DNA of 64,000 nt, from positions 61 through 64,060 of the forward strand of contig JAGTQD010000003.1 in assembly GCA_018396405.1 (NCBI GenBank), written 5' to 3'. Positions 1 to 8,609 of this stretch are shown piece by piece. How positions within the stretch are numbered: the first letter of the stretch is position 1; each line of letters starts with the position of its first letter. A model generated the notes under the pieces. That model saw nothing but the letters and a program-made list of their open reading frames with translations. It was not told where the DNA came from and did not search any database. The position numbers and the translations under genes were made by a program. This DNA comes from Candidatus Bathyarchaeota archaeon. Its GTDB lineage: Archaea > Thermoproteota > Bathyarchaeia > Bathyarchaeales > DTEX01.

Positions 1-484
1 GAAGAGAAAGTAAAATTTTTACTATTTTCTCTTTTGATAAGGTGACTTCAGGAGATAATTCTTCTCCAAAGCTTATCTCTTTTGGCTGGATTAAAAGAAG
101 CTTTATCTTTACATTAGATGCCTTCGCAATATGTTCGCAGAAGAGTCTTATTGGTAGAAAATGCGTCGAGAATGCGCTATTTATCTTTAAATCTTCCGGT
201 CCCAGAAGAACTATTTCCCCAGGGTTTAGGTTCAGCATGGCCGCGTCGATTATCAGGATGTGCGTCGGCTTAAAATCTATTATCTCCTGCAGATAATTTT
301 CCGGCGTAGTTTCACATTCAATTAATAGGACGTTCTCTGGAACCCTGCCCTGCAAATCTTGAATAACCTTTATTCCAACAGAATCGTCCGTAAGAATCGG
401 GTTTCCAAGACCAATAATTACCACTCTTTTAGCTTCCGAAAGCCACTCTTTCAATTTCTCCATTACAGCATTTTTTGTCTCCAT
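1..484 (-). CDS. [NiFe]-hydrogenase maturation endopeptidase (HycI/FrhD-type), 3' end runs off the left edge
   Basis: Absent from the ORF track because there is no stop inside the window. My minus-strand translation from ATG 484 reads METKNAVMEKLKEWLSEAKRVVIIGLGNPILTDDSVGIKV...IIDAAMLNLNPGE...STHF. It has the GxGN-x4-DD-x-G signature of hydrogenase maturation proteases. It lies directly downstream of the large subunit, which carries a cleavable tail after DPCFGCATH. The start is uncertain (484 or 463). Confidence 0.75.
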   Translation of the reverse strand, partial: METKNAVMEKLKEWLSEAKRVVIIGLGNPILTDDSVGIKVIQDLQGRVPENVLLIECETTPENYLQEIIDFKPTHILIIDAAMLNLNPGEIVLLGPEDLKINSAFSTHFLPIRLFCEHIAKASNVKIKLLLIQPKEISFGEELSPEVTLSKEKIVKILLSL

Positions 485-506
485 AGAAAAAGAGGAGAAG
501 TAGGAT

Positions 507-1961
507 CTAACGCTGCATCTTTCTAACGATTTTTCCTCTGCTATCATAAATTTCTATTGTCAGGGGCATCTGCCCAAGGGCAAAGTGAGTCGCACATCCG
601 AAGCATGGATCATAGGCCCTGAAAGCCATCTCAACCATATTAAGTAAACCTTCTTCAACATGTTCTCCACGAATTAAACCCTTAGCCGCATTGCGTATTG
701 ACATGTTTATTGATGGAACGTTATTGACTGTCGCAACAACTAGGTTAACATCTTTAACCAGCCCCTTCTCATCTAGGATATAATGGTGTATTAGGGTTCC
801 CCTAGCAGCCTCTACTACGCCTATACCCTCACCGGGCTCACCTGGCATATTACGTATATTTTTACTTGTTATCTCAGGATCCCTCACGAGCTCAAGGGCC
901 CTCTCGGCAGCGTAAAGTAGTTCAATGAGTCTAGCCCAATGATAGGCTAAGGTTGAGTGCACCAGTCTTCCTCCCAGCGTCTTATACATAATCTTATATT
1001 CCTCATTGGCGAGCGGTGTTGACAACCCATCTGAAACATTTAATCTGGCAAGGGGGCCAACACGATATATTCCGCTCTCAGCCCCATCCACAAAGCCCTT
1101 CCAGCCAACCTTCCTTAGGTATGGGAGTTTAACATAAGTCCACTCCTCAACGCGCTCAGCTATATGCTCCAGATAATTTTTTACATCAAACTTCGCAAAC
1201 TCATTTCCAGATGGATCCACGACTCTTATCTTCCCATCATAGAAGTTTAATCTATTTTTATCGTCAACTAAACCCATATAGTAGGTTCGCAGAGAATAAA
1301 TGTCACTTTTTATTAGGTCCACATACTCAGTATTTTCTAAAATAATTTTATGGAATATTTCTAGTGTAAACTGTGCAAATTTGACTGAGGATTCAACCAT
1401 CTTCTCAATTTCCTCTCTCTTCTCCTCACTCAATGGTTTTGATAGGCCTCCTGGCAATCCTGAGACAGGGTGAGTTGCCTTTCCACCAATGGTTTCGACG
1501 ATTTTCTGACCATAGGATCTATGTCTTATAACCTCCTTTCCTACGTCTAGACCCATTTTCTCAATAACACCTAGTATATTGCGTTTTTCTCGAGGAGCCT
1601 TTGGGCCGACTATGAAGTCTGGCCCGCCGAGATAATAGAAGTGTAACGTGTGATCGTAAATAATGTAGCCGCAATACATTAGTTCCCTAAGCTTTTTAGC
1701 TGGCTCAGGCGGCTCAACATGAAATGCCGCGTCTAAGGCTTTTGTCGAGGCCATATGATGGGCTACTGGGCAGACACCGCATATTCTGCTTGTTAAAATC
1801 GGCATATCCTCAGCCTTTCTACCAATACAGAACTTCTCAAAGCCACGTAGCTCTGGAACCTGTAGATACGCGTTATCAACTAGACCAGCCTCATTTAAAA
1901 AGATCACTATTTTTCCATGCCCCTCGAGTCTCGTGATTGGATCAATAATTATTTCCTTCAT
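507..1961 (-). CDS. mvhA: [NiFe] hydrogenase large subunit, MvhA-like (F420-non-reducing, probable group 3c)
   Basis: 484 aa. N-terminal RICGVCPVAHHMAS (RxCGxCxxxH) and C-terminal DPCFGCATH (DPCxxCxxH) metal-ligand motifs, followed by a 25-aa tail. 4-nt overlap with the small subunit. The MvhD/HdrABC context supports the subgroup assignment. Confidence 0.9.
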   Translation of the reverse strand: MKEIIIDPITRLEGHGKIVIFLNEAGLVDNAYLQVPELRGFEKFCIGRKAEDMPILTSRICGVCPVAHHMASTKALDAAFHVEPPEPAKKLRELMYCGYIIYDHTLHFYYLGGPDFIVGPKAPREKRNILGVIEKMGLDVGKEVIRHRSYGQKIVETIGGKATHPVSGLPGGLSKPLSEEKREEIEKMVESSVKFAQFTLEIFHKIILENTEYVDLIKSDIYSLRTYYMGLVDDKNRLNFYDGKIRVVDPSGNEFAKFDVKNYLEHIAERVEEWTYVKLPYLRKVGWKGFVDGAESGIYRVGPLARLNVSDGLSTPLANEEYKIMYKTLGGRLVHSTLAYHWARLIELLYAAERALELVRDPEITSKNIRNMPGEPGEGIGVVEAARGTLIHHYILDEKGLVKDVNLVVATVNNVPSINMSIRNAAKGLIRGEHVEEGLLNMVEMAFRAYDPCFGCATHFALGQMPLTIEIYDSRGKIVRKMQR

Positions 1962-2953
1962 TTTCGCATCACCCTCCTCCTAAGGATTGAGGCTGGTAAA
2001 GCATACATATAAAAGGTTCCAAGAGGGTCAACAATTTGATCCACAATCCTCTCAACCTCCTCAACGGTATACTTTTCCTTCTCCTCGGCTACACCCAGTA
2101 TAGATGCTAATGCACTTATCATGGCCGCGCCCTGCTCCGGAGACTCTGGACATGGGCCCCCACAGCCAGTGCATGCCATATCCGCCTTTAAACATCTGGC
2201 GCCGCAGCCACCTCTCGTCGCCGGCCCCATACATATGATCCCCTGCTCAAGTAGACACCTTTCAGGATCTACAATCTTCTCGTAGATGCGGTATATGCGG
2301 GATATCTTTTTATTCTCCTTCCTTTTTGTGCATTCATCGCAGACGGATTTTAGCGGTGCGAGGACTGAACCCTTTGGCGGCAGCTCACCCTTAACAATTC
2401 CGTTAGCTATTGTTTCAAGAGCATATATTGTTCGTTCAACCGCTGGTGGACATCCTGGAACGTAGTAGTCTACATCAACGATTTGGCTTAGAGTGTGCAC
2501 GGTATCATAGAACACCGGGATTTCCAGTTCACCCTCCTTTACAAGCACTTTCGGTTTTGGCGTAAAGCCTTCTGGATTAACCGTTGAAAATGTCTCGAAA
2601 TACACTTTTCTGAAGATTTCCTCCCTGTCATATAAATTAGCTAGCCCTGGGATGCCGCCGAGGTGGGCGCATGATCCATAGGCTACTAGGATCTTTGACT
2701 TCTGTCTCAAGAGTTTTGCCATATGCTCTTGCTCGCTGTTACGTATGCCTCCGTTAAAGAAGCATACGTCAATATATTTATCAGGCATGCCCTCAACATC
2801 CCTATATTTTATATCCATTGCAACCGGCCAGAAGACTATATCAGCAACTTTGATAACGTCAAGTATCTTTTCATCTATATCAAGCACGGCTATCTCACAG
2901 CCACCACAGCTCGCAGCCCAGTAGAACGCAAACTTAATCTTCCCTTCTCCCAA
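1958..2953 (-). CDS. mvhG: [NiFe] hydrogenase small subunit, MvhG-like
   Basis: 331 aa. N-terminal FAFYWAASCGGCEIAVLD proximal-cluster motif and further Cys clusters (CMGPATRGGCGARC, CTGCGGPC). TTG start preceded by GGGGTGA. Confidence 0.85.
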   Translation of the reverse strand: MGEGKIKFAFYWAASCGGCEIAVLDIDEKILDVIKVADIVFWPVAMDIKYRDVEGMPDKYIDVCFFNGGIRNSEQEHMAKLLRQKSKILVAYGSCAHLGGIPGLANLYDREEIFRKVYFETFSTVNPEGFTPKPKVLVKEGELEIPVFYDTVHTLSQIVDVDYYVPGCPPAVERTIYALETIANGIVKGELPPKGSVLAPLKSVCDECTKRKENKKISRIYRIYEKIVDPERCLLEQGIICMGPATRGGCGARCLKADMACTGCGGPCPESPEQGAAMISALASILGVAEEKEKYTVEEVERIVDQIVDPLGTFYMYALPASILRRRVMRK

Positions 2954-2965
2954 AAAATCACCCCT

Positions 2966-3874
2966 TTAAACCTCTAAAGTAGGATTATAATCTAAAAACT
3001 TTTTTAAATAAATTGTGGGTTTAACTCTCAATTCATCAAAAGCCAGTTCTTGCGGTAAGAAACCCATGGCTAATCCAAGTAGCTGCGTATAATGCAGGAC
3101 TGGAATACCTATTTTCACATTAAATAGCTTTTCTATCCTTGGCTGATTAAGATCGAACATTATGTGGCAGAATGGGCAGACCGTTATAAGGGCTTCTGCT
3201 TTGGCGGATATAATGTGGTCGAGCTTTTCCTTCGCCATCTGGAACGGAATCTTCTCATTTACGCCTATTATTGGGTTCCCACAGCACTCGTTTTCACCCC
3301 TATAATCCACACATTTAGCTCCTGTAAGGTTAATTAGATCCTTAAGGAGCCTTGGGTTCTCAGGATCATCTTTTCCAACGAGTTTCCTAGGTCTAATTAT
3401 GTGGCAGCCTGGGTGCTGAGCCACTCTAAGCGTTGATAATGGTTTCTTGATGGAATTTTTAATCTTCTCGAAACCTATGTCCTCGGCTAAGACATGAACG
3501 AGGTGTTTAACTTCTATAGAACCCTTAAATTCCATGTCAAAGTTCTTTAAATATTCGTTCACTCTTTCCCTCTCCTCCTTATCCTCCTTAAGCATTTTAT
3601 TAACTTTATGAAGAGAGCCAAAACACCCGTTACATAGAGTTAAGAGATTCATCCCTTCCATTTCAGCTATACATATATTTCTAGCAGCTAGCACTATCGC
3701 TGTATCATGATTTATAGGATCTATTGGGAAGCCACAACAGTTGTATTCGGGCATTTCAACAAGCTCAACGCCAAGCGCAGATAAAACTTTTCTAGCAGAT
3801 ATCTCGTAGCTCGAAAGCCTGTATGGAATAACGCATCCAAGAAATATTAAATATTTAGGTTTCCCGCCAACCAT
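2966..3874 (-). CDS. hdrB: Heterodisulfide reductase subunit B (two CCG domains)
   Basis: Two CCG-type motifs: EYNCCGFP...CNGCFGS and ENECCGNP...CPFCHIMF. I place the start at ATG 3874 (MVGGKPKYLIFLGC), 1 nt after the hdrC stop and preceded by GAGGGTGG. The ORF-track start at 3910 would overlap hdrC by 35 nt. Confidence 0.85.
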   Translation of the reverse strand: MVGGKPKYLIFLGCVIPYRLSSYEISARKVLSALGVELVEMPEYNCCGFPIDPINHDTAIVLAARNICIAEMEGMNLLTLCNGCFGSLHKVNKMLKEDKEERERVNEYLKNFDMEFKGSIEVKHLVHVLAEDIGFEKIKNSIKKPLSTLRVAQHPGCHIIRPRKLVGKDDPENPRLLKDLINLTGAKCVDYRGENECCGNPIIGVNEKIPFQMAKEKLDHIISAKAEALITVCPFCHIMFDLNQPRIEKLFNVKIGIPVLHYTQLLGLAMGFLPQELAFDELRVKPTIYLKKFLDYNPTLEV

Positions 3875-3875
3875 A

Positions 3876-4421
3876 CTATTCCACCCTCTCAAAGGTTTGT
3901 GAAGTCCCAAGGAGAGACAGGAGACCCGTCAACTCAAAAATTTTCGTTATCTCTTCAGGGCTTGTTTTAGGTAATGGCGGTAAGCCCAGCTCTTCCCTCT
4001 TTTTAATACGCGTCTCCGGAATAACATATACAAAACCCGTCTTCATCAGATTCTCAGCTAACTCCTTATAAACTAGCGGTAGGGACTTAAGATGCCGAAC
4101 AGAAATATTCCTCAGGGCTCGGATAACATTCGCGATTTCTACATCCTGTGGACAATGATCAACGCAAGTGTAGCATGTTGTACAGAGCCATATGTGTTTA
4201 TCAGATAGAATTCTATCCTTAAGACCAAGCTGAATCATGCGCGCTATCTTTTTTGGCCTGTAAAACTCGCTGAACCTAGAGACCGGGCAATCAGCTGTGC
4301 ATGTCCCACATTGAAAACATAGCGTAATCTTCTCAGCCCCACGGAATTTCGAGATTTCATACTTGAATTTTGAATTAATTTCTCCAGCTTTAACTGTTTG
4401 GGCTGGCTGCTCCATTATCAC
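3876..4421 (-). CDS. hdrC: Heterodisulfide reductase subunit C (2x[4Fe-4S])
   Basis: 181 aa with [12 protein letters not shown] and [12 protein letters not shown] ferredoxin motifs. It lies between mvhD and hdrB with overlapping or abutting codons. Confidence 0.8.
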   Translation of the reverse strand: MIMEQPAQTVKAGEINSKFKYEISKFRGAEKITLCFQCGTCTADCPVSRFSEFYRPKKIARMIQLGLKDRILSDKHIWLCTTCYTCVDHCPQDVEIANVIRALRNISVRHLKSLPLVYKELAENLMKTGFVYVIPETRIKKREELGLPPLPKTSPEEITKIFELTGLLSLLGTSQTFERVE

Positions 4422-4849
4422 TTACCTCCTAACCTTTTTAGTGGATTTGGACCGAGCTTCTTAATCTCCTTAACCATTTCACTTACAACTTTTGCAAACT
4501 TGTCCCCCTCGGATGCCGAAATCCACTCTAACCATAGTCTCTCAGGCTCTATGCCAAACTCCTTCAGAACTCTTTTTAGTAGTATAACCCTTCTAAGAGC
4601 CTTAAAGTTTCCAGCCAGGTAGTGGCAATCTGATGGTAAATGGCATCCAGCGACAAGGACTCCGTCAGCGCCGCTCTTAAATGCCTCTAGGATAAATACT
4701 GGGTCAACTCTACCGCTACACATCACGCGTATCACACGTATATTCGGCGGATACTGTATTCTGCTGACACCAGCTAGATCGGCTCCCGCATAAGAGCACC
4801 AGTTACATAAGAAGCCGACTATTACAGGTTCAAAATCTTCTTCAGACAA
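4418..4849 (-). CDS. mvhD: MvhD/FlpD-family [2Fe-2S] electron-transfer subunit
   Basis: 143 aa. [15 protein letters not shown] ... MCSGRVD ... [15 protein letters not shown] start preceded by GGGGTGA with a 4-nt spacer. 4-nt overlap with hdrC. Confidence 0.85.
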   Translation of the reverse strand: MSEEDFEPVIVGFLCNWCSYAGADLAGVSRIQYPPNIRVIRVMCSGRVDPVFILEAFKSGADGVLVAGCHLPSDCHYLAGNFKALRRVILLKRVLKEFGIEPERLWLEWISASEGDKFAKVVSEMVKEIKKLGPNPLKRLGGK

Positions 4850-4853
4850 AATC

Positions 4854-7800
4854 TCACCCCGCTAAGATGGCTCTAACCTGGGATAGAATCTGCTCTGTTG
4901 TGAAGTGCTGAGGGCTGATAGCTTTTGTTGGGCAGGCTGAGCCACATGTCCCGCAGCCCTTACATAAAGCCTCAATCACCTTGGCCACAAGCCCTCCATC
5001 CTTTTCTACCATTTCAATTGCACCAAATGGGCATACTGACTCACAAATCCTACATCCGCCACATAGGTCTTCATTCACGGTTGCGATTATCCCCTCTAGC
5101 TCAAGAACTTCTTTGGATAGAATAGTCGCGGCTCTTGCTGCGGCAGCACAAGCCTGTGACACAGACTCATCAATAGGTTTTGGACCATGGGCTAAGCCGC
5201 AGAGAAATACGCCATCAGTCTGGAAGTCGACCGGACGGAGCTTCATGTGAGCCTCTAGGAAGAAGCCATCCTTTGTAAGCGGAACCTTAAGCATCTCAGC
5301 CACCTTCTTATTATCAGGGTTGGGGACAACTGCGGCGCTTAATACTACTAAATCTGGATATATTTCAATCTCATGCTGTAACACAGGCTCCCAAAAGATG
5401 AGCTTAAGTCTCTCGCCTTCTCTCATCACAGTTGGCTTCCGAGCATCATCATAATTTATGAAGACAATTCCCTTCTTCAACGCCTCATGATAATATTCCT
5501 CTTTGAAGCCGTAGCTTCTTACATCTTTATAGAATATATAGACTTCTGTTTCAGGGCTTATCTCCTTTATCTTCAGGGCGTTCTTTATAGCCTCACTGCA
5601 GCATATCCTTGAGCAGTTGGGGTTCTCCTCATTCCTAGCGCCAACGCACTGGATCATTGCTACGGTCTTCGCATCAAACAGCCCCCTATATATCTTCTCC
5701 TCTAATTCACGCTGCGTTATAACCCTCGGATCAACGCCATATAAGTATTCCTTCGGCTTATATTCAGTAGCGCCAGTCGCAACTATGATAACTCCATGTT
5801 CTATCTCTTTAATGCCGCCACCATGAAGTATCTTAGACTTAAAGTTGCCGACAAAACCGCTTACCTCAACAACCTCAGCGCCAAGATAAACGTGAATGCT
5901 AGGATACTTATTTACCTCGTCAATGAGGTTTCTCATGTATTTTTGCGGGTCTTCTCCCTCAAGAAGATAATATATTCTCTTCAGGTTTCCGCCCAGATCC
6001 TTCTCGCGCTCCACAAGATGTACCTCAAAGCCCTGCTTAGCAAGCTCTACAGCAGCCGTCATCCCCGAGACCCCTCCACCAATAACCAGCGCCACGGGGA
6101 TAACACTTACCGTAGGCTTCTTTAGCGGTCTTAGCATCCTCGCCTTTGCAACCGCTGAGCGAACTAGGTCTTTCGCCTTCTCGGTCGCGGCCTTTGGCTC
6201 ATGCATGTGAACCCAGCTACATTGATCGCGTATATTAGCCATCTCAAAGAGATACTCGTTTAACCCAGCCTCGCGAACAGTCTCTCTAAATAATGGCTCA
6301 TGTGTTCTAGGAGTACAGCTGGCCACCACGACGCGGTTTAGGTTATGCTCAATAATCTTCTCCTTTATTCTTTTCTGAGTATCTTCGGAGCATGTATAGA
6401 GGTTATGCTCGGCATAAACAACATTAGGAAGCGTTTTAGCATACTCTGTAACCTCTGGAACATTAACATAGCCGCCAATATTGATTCCACAATGGCAGAT
6501 GAAGACGCCTATGCGCGGCTCCTCCTTAGAAACATCTTTCTCTGGCGGATATTCTTTTACGGCTACGAGCTTCCCCCTCTCAGAAGCTATTATACTCATT
6601 GCCTTGGCAGCAGCCCCGCTTGCCTGAGCTACACTTTCGGGGATATCCTTTGGTCCAGCAAATGCCCCGCAGACGAACACGCCTGGCTTGGTTGTTTCGA
6701 TTGATGAGAGAGGGTTAGTAAGGCAGAAACCATATTTATTTAATTCTATTCCCACCGCCCTCGCCAGCTTCTCAGCATTCTTTGGCGGCCTCATTCCAAC
6801 AGATAAAATGATCATGTCAAACTCTTCTTCGCAGGGCTTCTCATTATCTACGTACTTTACTATAAGATTTCTTGTAACTGGATCCTCATCAATACTTGCA
6901 ACCCTAGCCCTAACGAACCTTATCCCATATTCTTCCATGGCCCGCTTATAATATTTCTCGAAGTCTTTTCCATAGGCACGTATGTCCATGTAAAATATTG
7001 TGCAATCAAGTTTTGTTGGAACATGCTCTTTAGCAATAATGGCCTCTTTTATTGCATACATGCAGCATGCAGCCGAACAATATTCGTTTCCAATCTGAGC
7101 GTCCCGAGAGCCAACACATTGGATAAAAGCGATTTTCCTCGGTATTCTCCCATCAGATGGCCTTAGAACAACGCCGCCATATGGGCCTGAAGCACTTAAA
7201 ATACGCTCAAATTCGATTGATGTGACGACATTTGGATAACGCTTATAACCATACTCGCTCTTTACGACCGGATTAAATTCTTCAAACCCGGGTGCAAGTA
7301 TTATTGCTCCAACGGGCAGCTCAACAACTTCATCTTTATCGTCATATTTTATAGCTCCGGCCCTACACACTTCCTTACATGTTCCACAACCAATACACTT
7401 CCCTCTATCAATAATGTATGTCCGCGGAACCGCTTGCACATACTTCACGTAGATAGCGCTCCTCCTGCTTAACCCCTCATCATATTCATCTATCGCCTCA
7501 ATAGGACACTCCCTCGCGCAGACACCGCATCCAGTACATTTCTCTGGATCAACATAGCGGGCTTTCCTTCTTACCTTAACCTTAAAGTTTCCTGGTTCAC
7601 CTTCAACGCCCTCTATCTCAGCGTGAGTTATTAAATGGATGTTGGGATGCCTTCCCGCGGCAACCAGTTTGGGTGCAAGGATACACATCGCGCAGTCATT
7701 TGTAGGGAAGGTCTTGTCGAGCTGCGCCATCGTTCCCCCTATGCTTGGAGACTCATCAAGCAGATATACCCTGAAGCCAGAATCGGCTAGATCGAGAGCA

Positions 7801-7859
7801 GCTTGTATACCAGCTACTCCCCCACCCACTACAAGAACCGCGCCAACTTTATCTCCCAT
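4854..7859 (-). CDS. hdrA: HdrA-like flavoprotein, unusually long (about 1000 aa) with two HdrA-type flavin modules
   Basis: Two GxGxxG folds ([19 protein letters not shown] and [19 protein letters not shown]). [15 protein letters not shown] motif. Two copies of the CxGxR(D/N)...CSxxCC motif (CVGSRD..CSAACC and CVGARN..CSRICC). Four ferredoxin CxxCxxCxxxC(P) motifs. An internal [15 protein letters not shown]...DQCSWVH segment. ATG 7859 overlaps the upstream TGA as TGATG. Confidence 0.85.
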   Translation of the reverse strand: MGDKVGAVLVVGGGVAGIQAALDLADSGFRVYLLDESPSIGGTMAQLDKTFPTNDCAMCILAPKLVAAGRHPNIHLITHAEIEGVEGEPGNFKVKVRRKARYVDPEKCTGCGVCARECPIEAIDEYDEGLSRRSAIYVKYVQAVPRTYIIDRGKCIGCGTCKEVCRAGAIKYDDKDEVVELPVGAIILAPGFEEFNPVVKSEYGYKRYPNVVTSIEFERILSASGPYGGVVLRPSDGRIPRKIAFIQCVGSRDAQIGNEYCSAACCMYAIKEAIIAKEHVPTKLDCTIFYMDIRAYGKDFEKYYKRAMEEYGIRFVRARVASIDEDPVTRNLIVKYVDNEKPCEEEFDMIILSVGMRPPKNAEKLARAVGIELNKYGFCLTNPLSSIETTKPGVFVCGAFAGPKDIPESVAQASGAAAKAMSIIASERGKLVAVKEYPPEKDVSKEEPRIGVFICHCGINIGGYVNVPEVTEYAKTLPNVVYAEHNLYTCSEDTQKRIKEKIIEHNLNRVVVASCTPRTHEPLFRETVREAGLNEYLFEMANIRDQCSWVHMHEPKAATEKAKDLVRSAVAKARMLRPLKKPTVSVIPVALVIGGGVSGMTAAVELAKQGFEVHLVEREKDLGGNLKRIYYLLEGEDPQKYMRNLIDEVNKYPSIHVYLGAEVVEVSGFVGNFKSKILHGGGIKEIEHGVIIVATGATEYKPKEYLYGVDPRVITQRELEEKIYRGLFDAKTVAMIQCVGARNEENPNCSRICCSEAIKNALKIKEISPETEVYIFYKDVRSYGFKEEYYHEALKKGIVFINYDDARKPTVMREGERLKLIFWEPVLQHEIEIYPDLVVLSAAVVPNPDNKKVAEMLKVPLTKDGFFLEAHMKLRPVDFQTDGVFLCGLAHGPKPIDESVSQACAAAARAATILSKEVLELEGIIATVNEDLCGGCRICESVCPFGAIEMVEKDGGLVAKVIEALCKGCGTCGSACPTKAISPQHFTTEQILSQVRAILAG

Positions 7860-8608
7860 CAACCCACCTCCAGGGCCTTATAGAGTGGTGTATAACCTTC
7901 AATCCTGTCCACACCAAGCAAACCTTTACGCCTAAGAGTGACAATGTGCTGCAAAACTAAGAACGAATCAACGCCAATACGCCTAGAGATCTCCTCAACA
8001 GATGCTGGTTTACCCTTCGTTATAAGGTAAATTTTGCTCCTGATATATTCCTCCTCAAGAGCCTCCTCTATTAGTCTATCATACTCTTCTTGACTTATCC
8101 TCTCTCCATACACGTTTACCTTTTCAGTAAGCTTTCTCTCCCTGCCAGAAAGCATTCTCAGCCTAGACCAGGTCACCGCCTGCTCAGCCGCTTGAAGATT
8201 AAAGAGTAGCTCTTTATCAGCCTCCTTACCCTTAAATAATGGACCAAAGTCCTTAATATCATCAATAAACTTCTCAACAATGCTTGAAAGGCTCCTGTTC
8301 TCGATAGGTGAAACCATCTCTAAGCGTAAACGCTCCGTCTCTAACCCCGTGAGCGCCATAATCTTTTTTAGCAGCCTAATGGTTCGCTCGCCATATAGGC
8401 TTCCATCAATAAAGTGGCAGTCTGGCCACTTACATCCAACAACTATTACACCATCTACCCCTCTAGCAAAAGCTTCAAGGATAATTATTGGATCAAGTCT
8501 ACCAATACATTTAACTTGGATGACACTAACGTTGGGCGGCGTTTCTATACTCCATTCCGGAAAAGCCCAGTCGCATATGAAACATATAATTCTCAGACCA
8601 GCTTCCAC
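7859..8608 (-). CDS. MvhD-like domain fused to a C-terminal winged-helix-like domain
   Basis: The N-terminal ~135 aa resemble MvhD (ICFICDWAFPEW ... KCIGRLD ... VVGCKWPDCHF). The C-terminal ~70 aa (KGKPASVEEISRRIGVDSFLVLQHIVTLRRKGLLG) look like a MarR/TrmB-type wHTH. GTG start lies 1 nt after the upstream stop. Confidence 0.65.
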   Translation of the reverse strand: MEAGLRIICFICDWAFPEWSIETPPNVSVIQVKCIGRLDPIIILEAFARGVDGVIVVGCKWPDCHFIDGSLYGERTIRLLKKIMALTGLETERLRLEMVSPIENRSLSSIVEKFIDDIKDFGPLFKGKEADKELLFNLQAAEQAVTWSRLRMLSGRERKLTEKVNVYGERISQEEYDRLIEEALEEEYIRSKIYLITKGKPASVEEISRRIGVDSFLVLQHIVTLRRKGLLGVDRIEGYTPLYKALEVG

Positions 8609-8609
8609 T

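Noticed and set aside
42-296. 84-aa plus-strand ORF at the left edge
   Set aside because: It lies entirely antisense to a well-supported hydrogenase maturation protease frame (GxGN..DD motif) that is open to the window edge. It has no recognisable motif.
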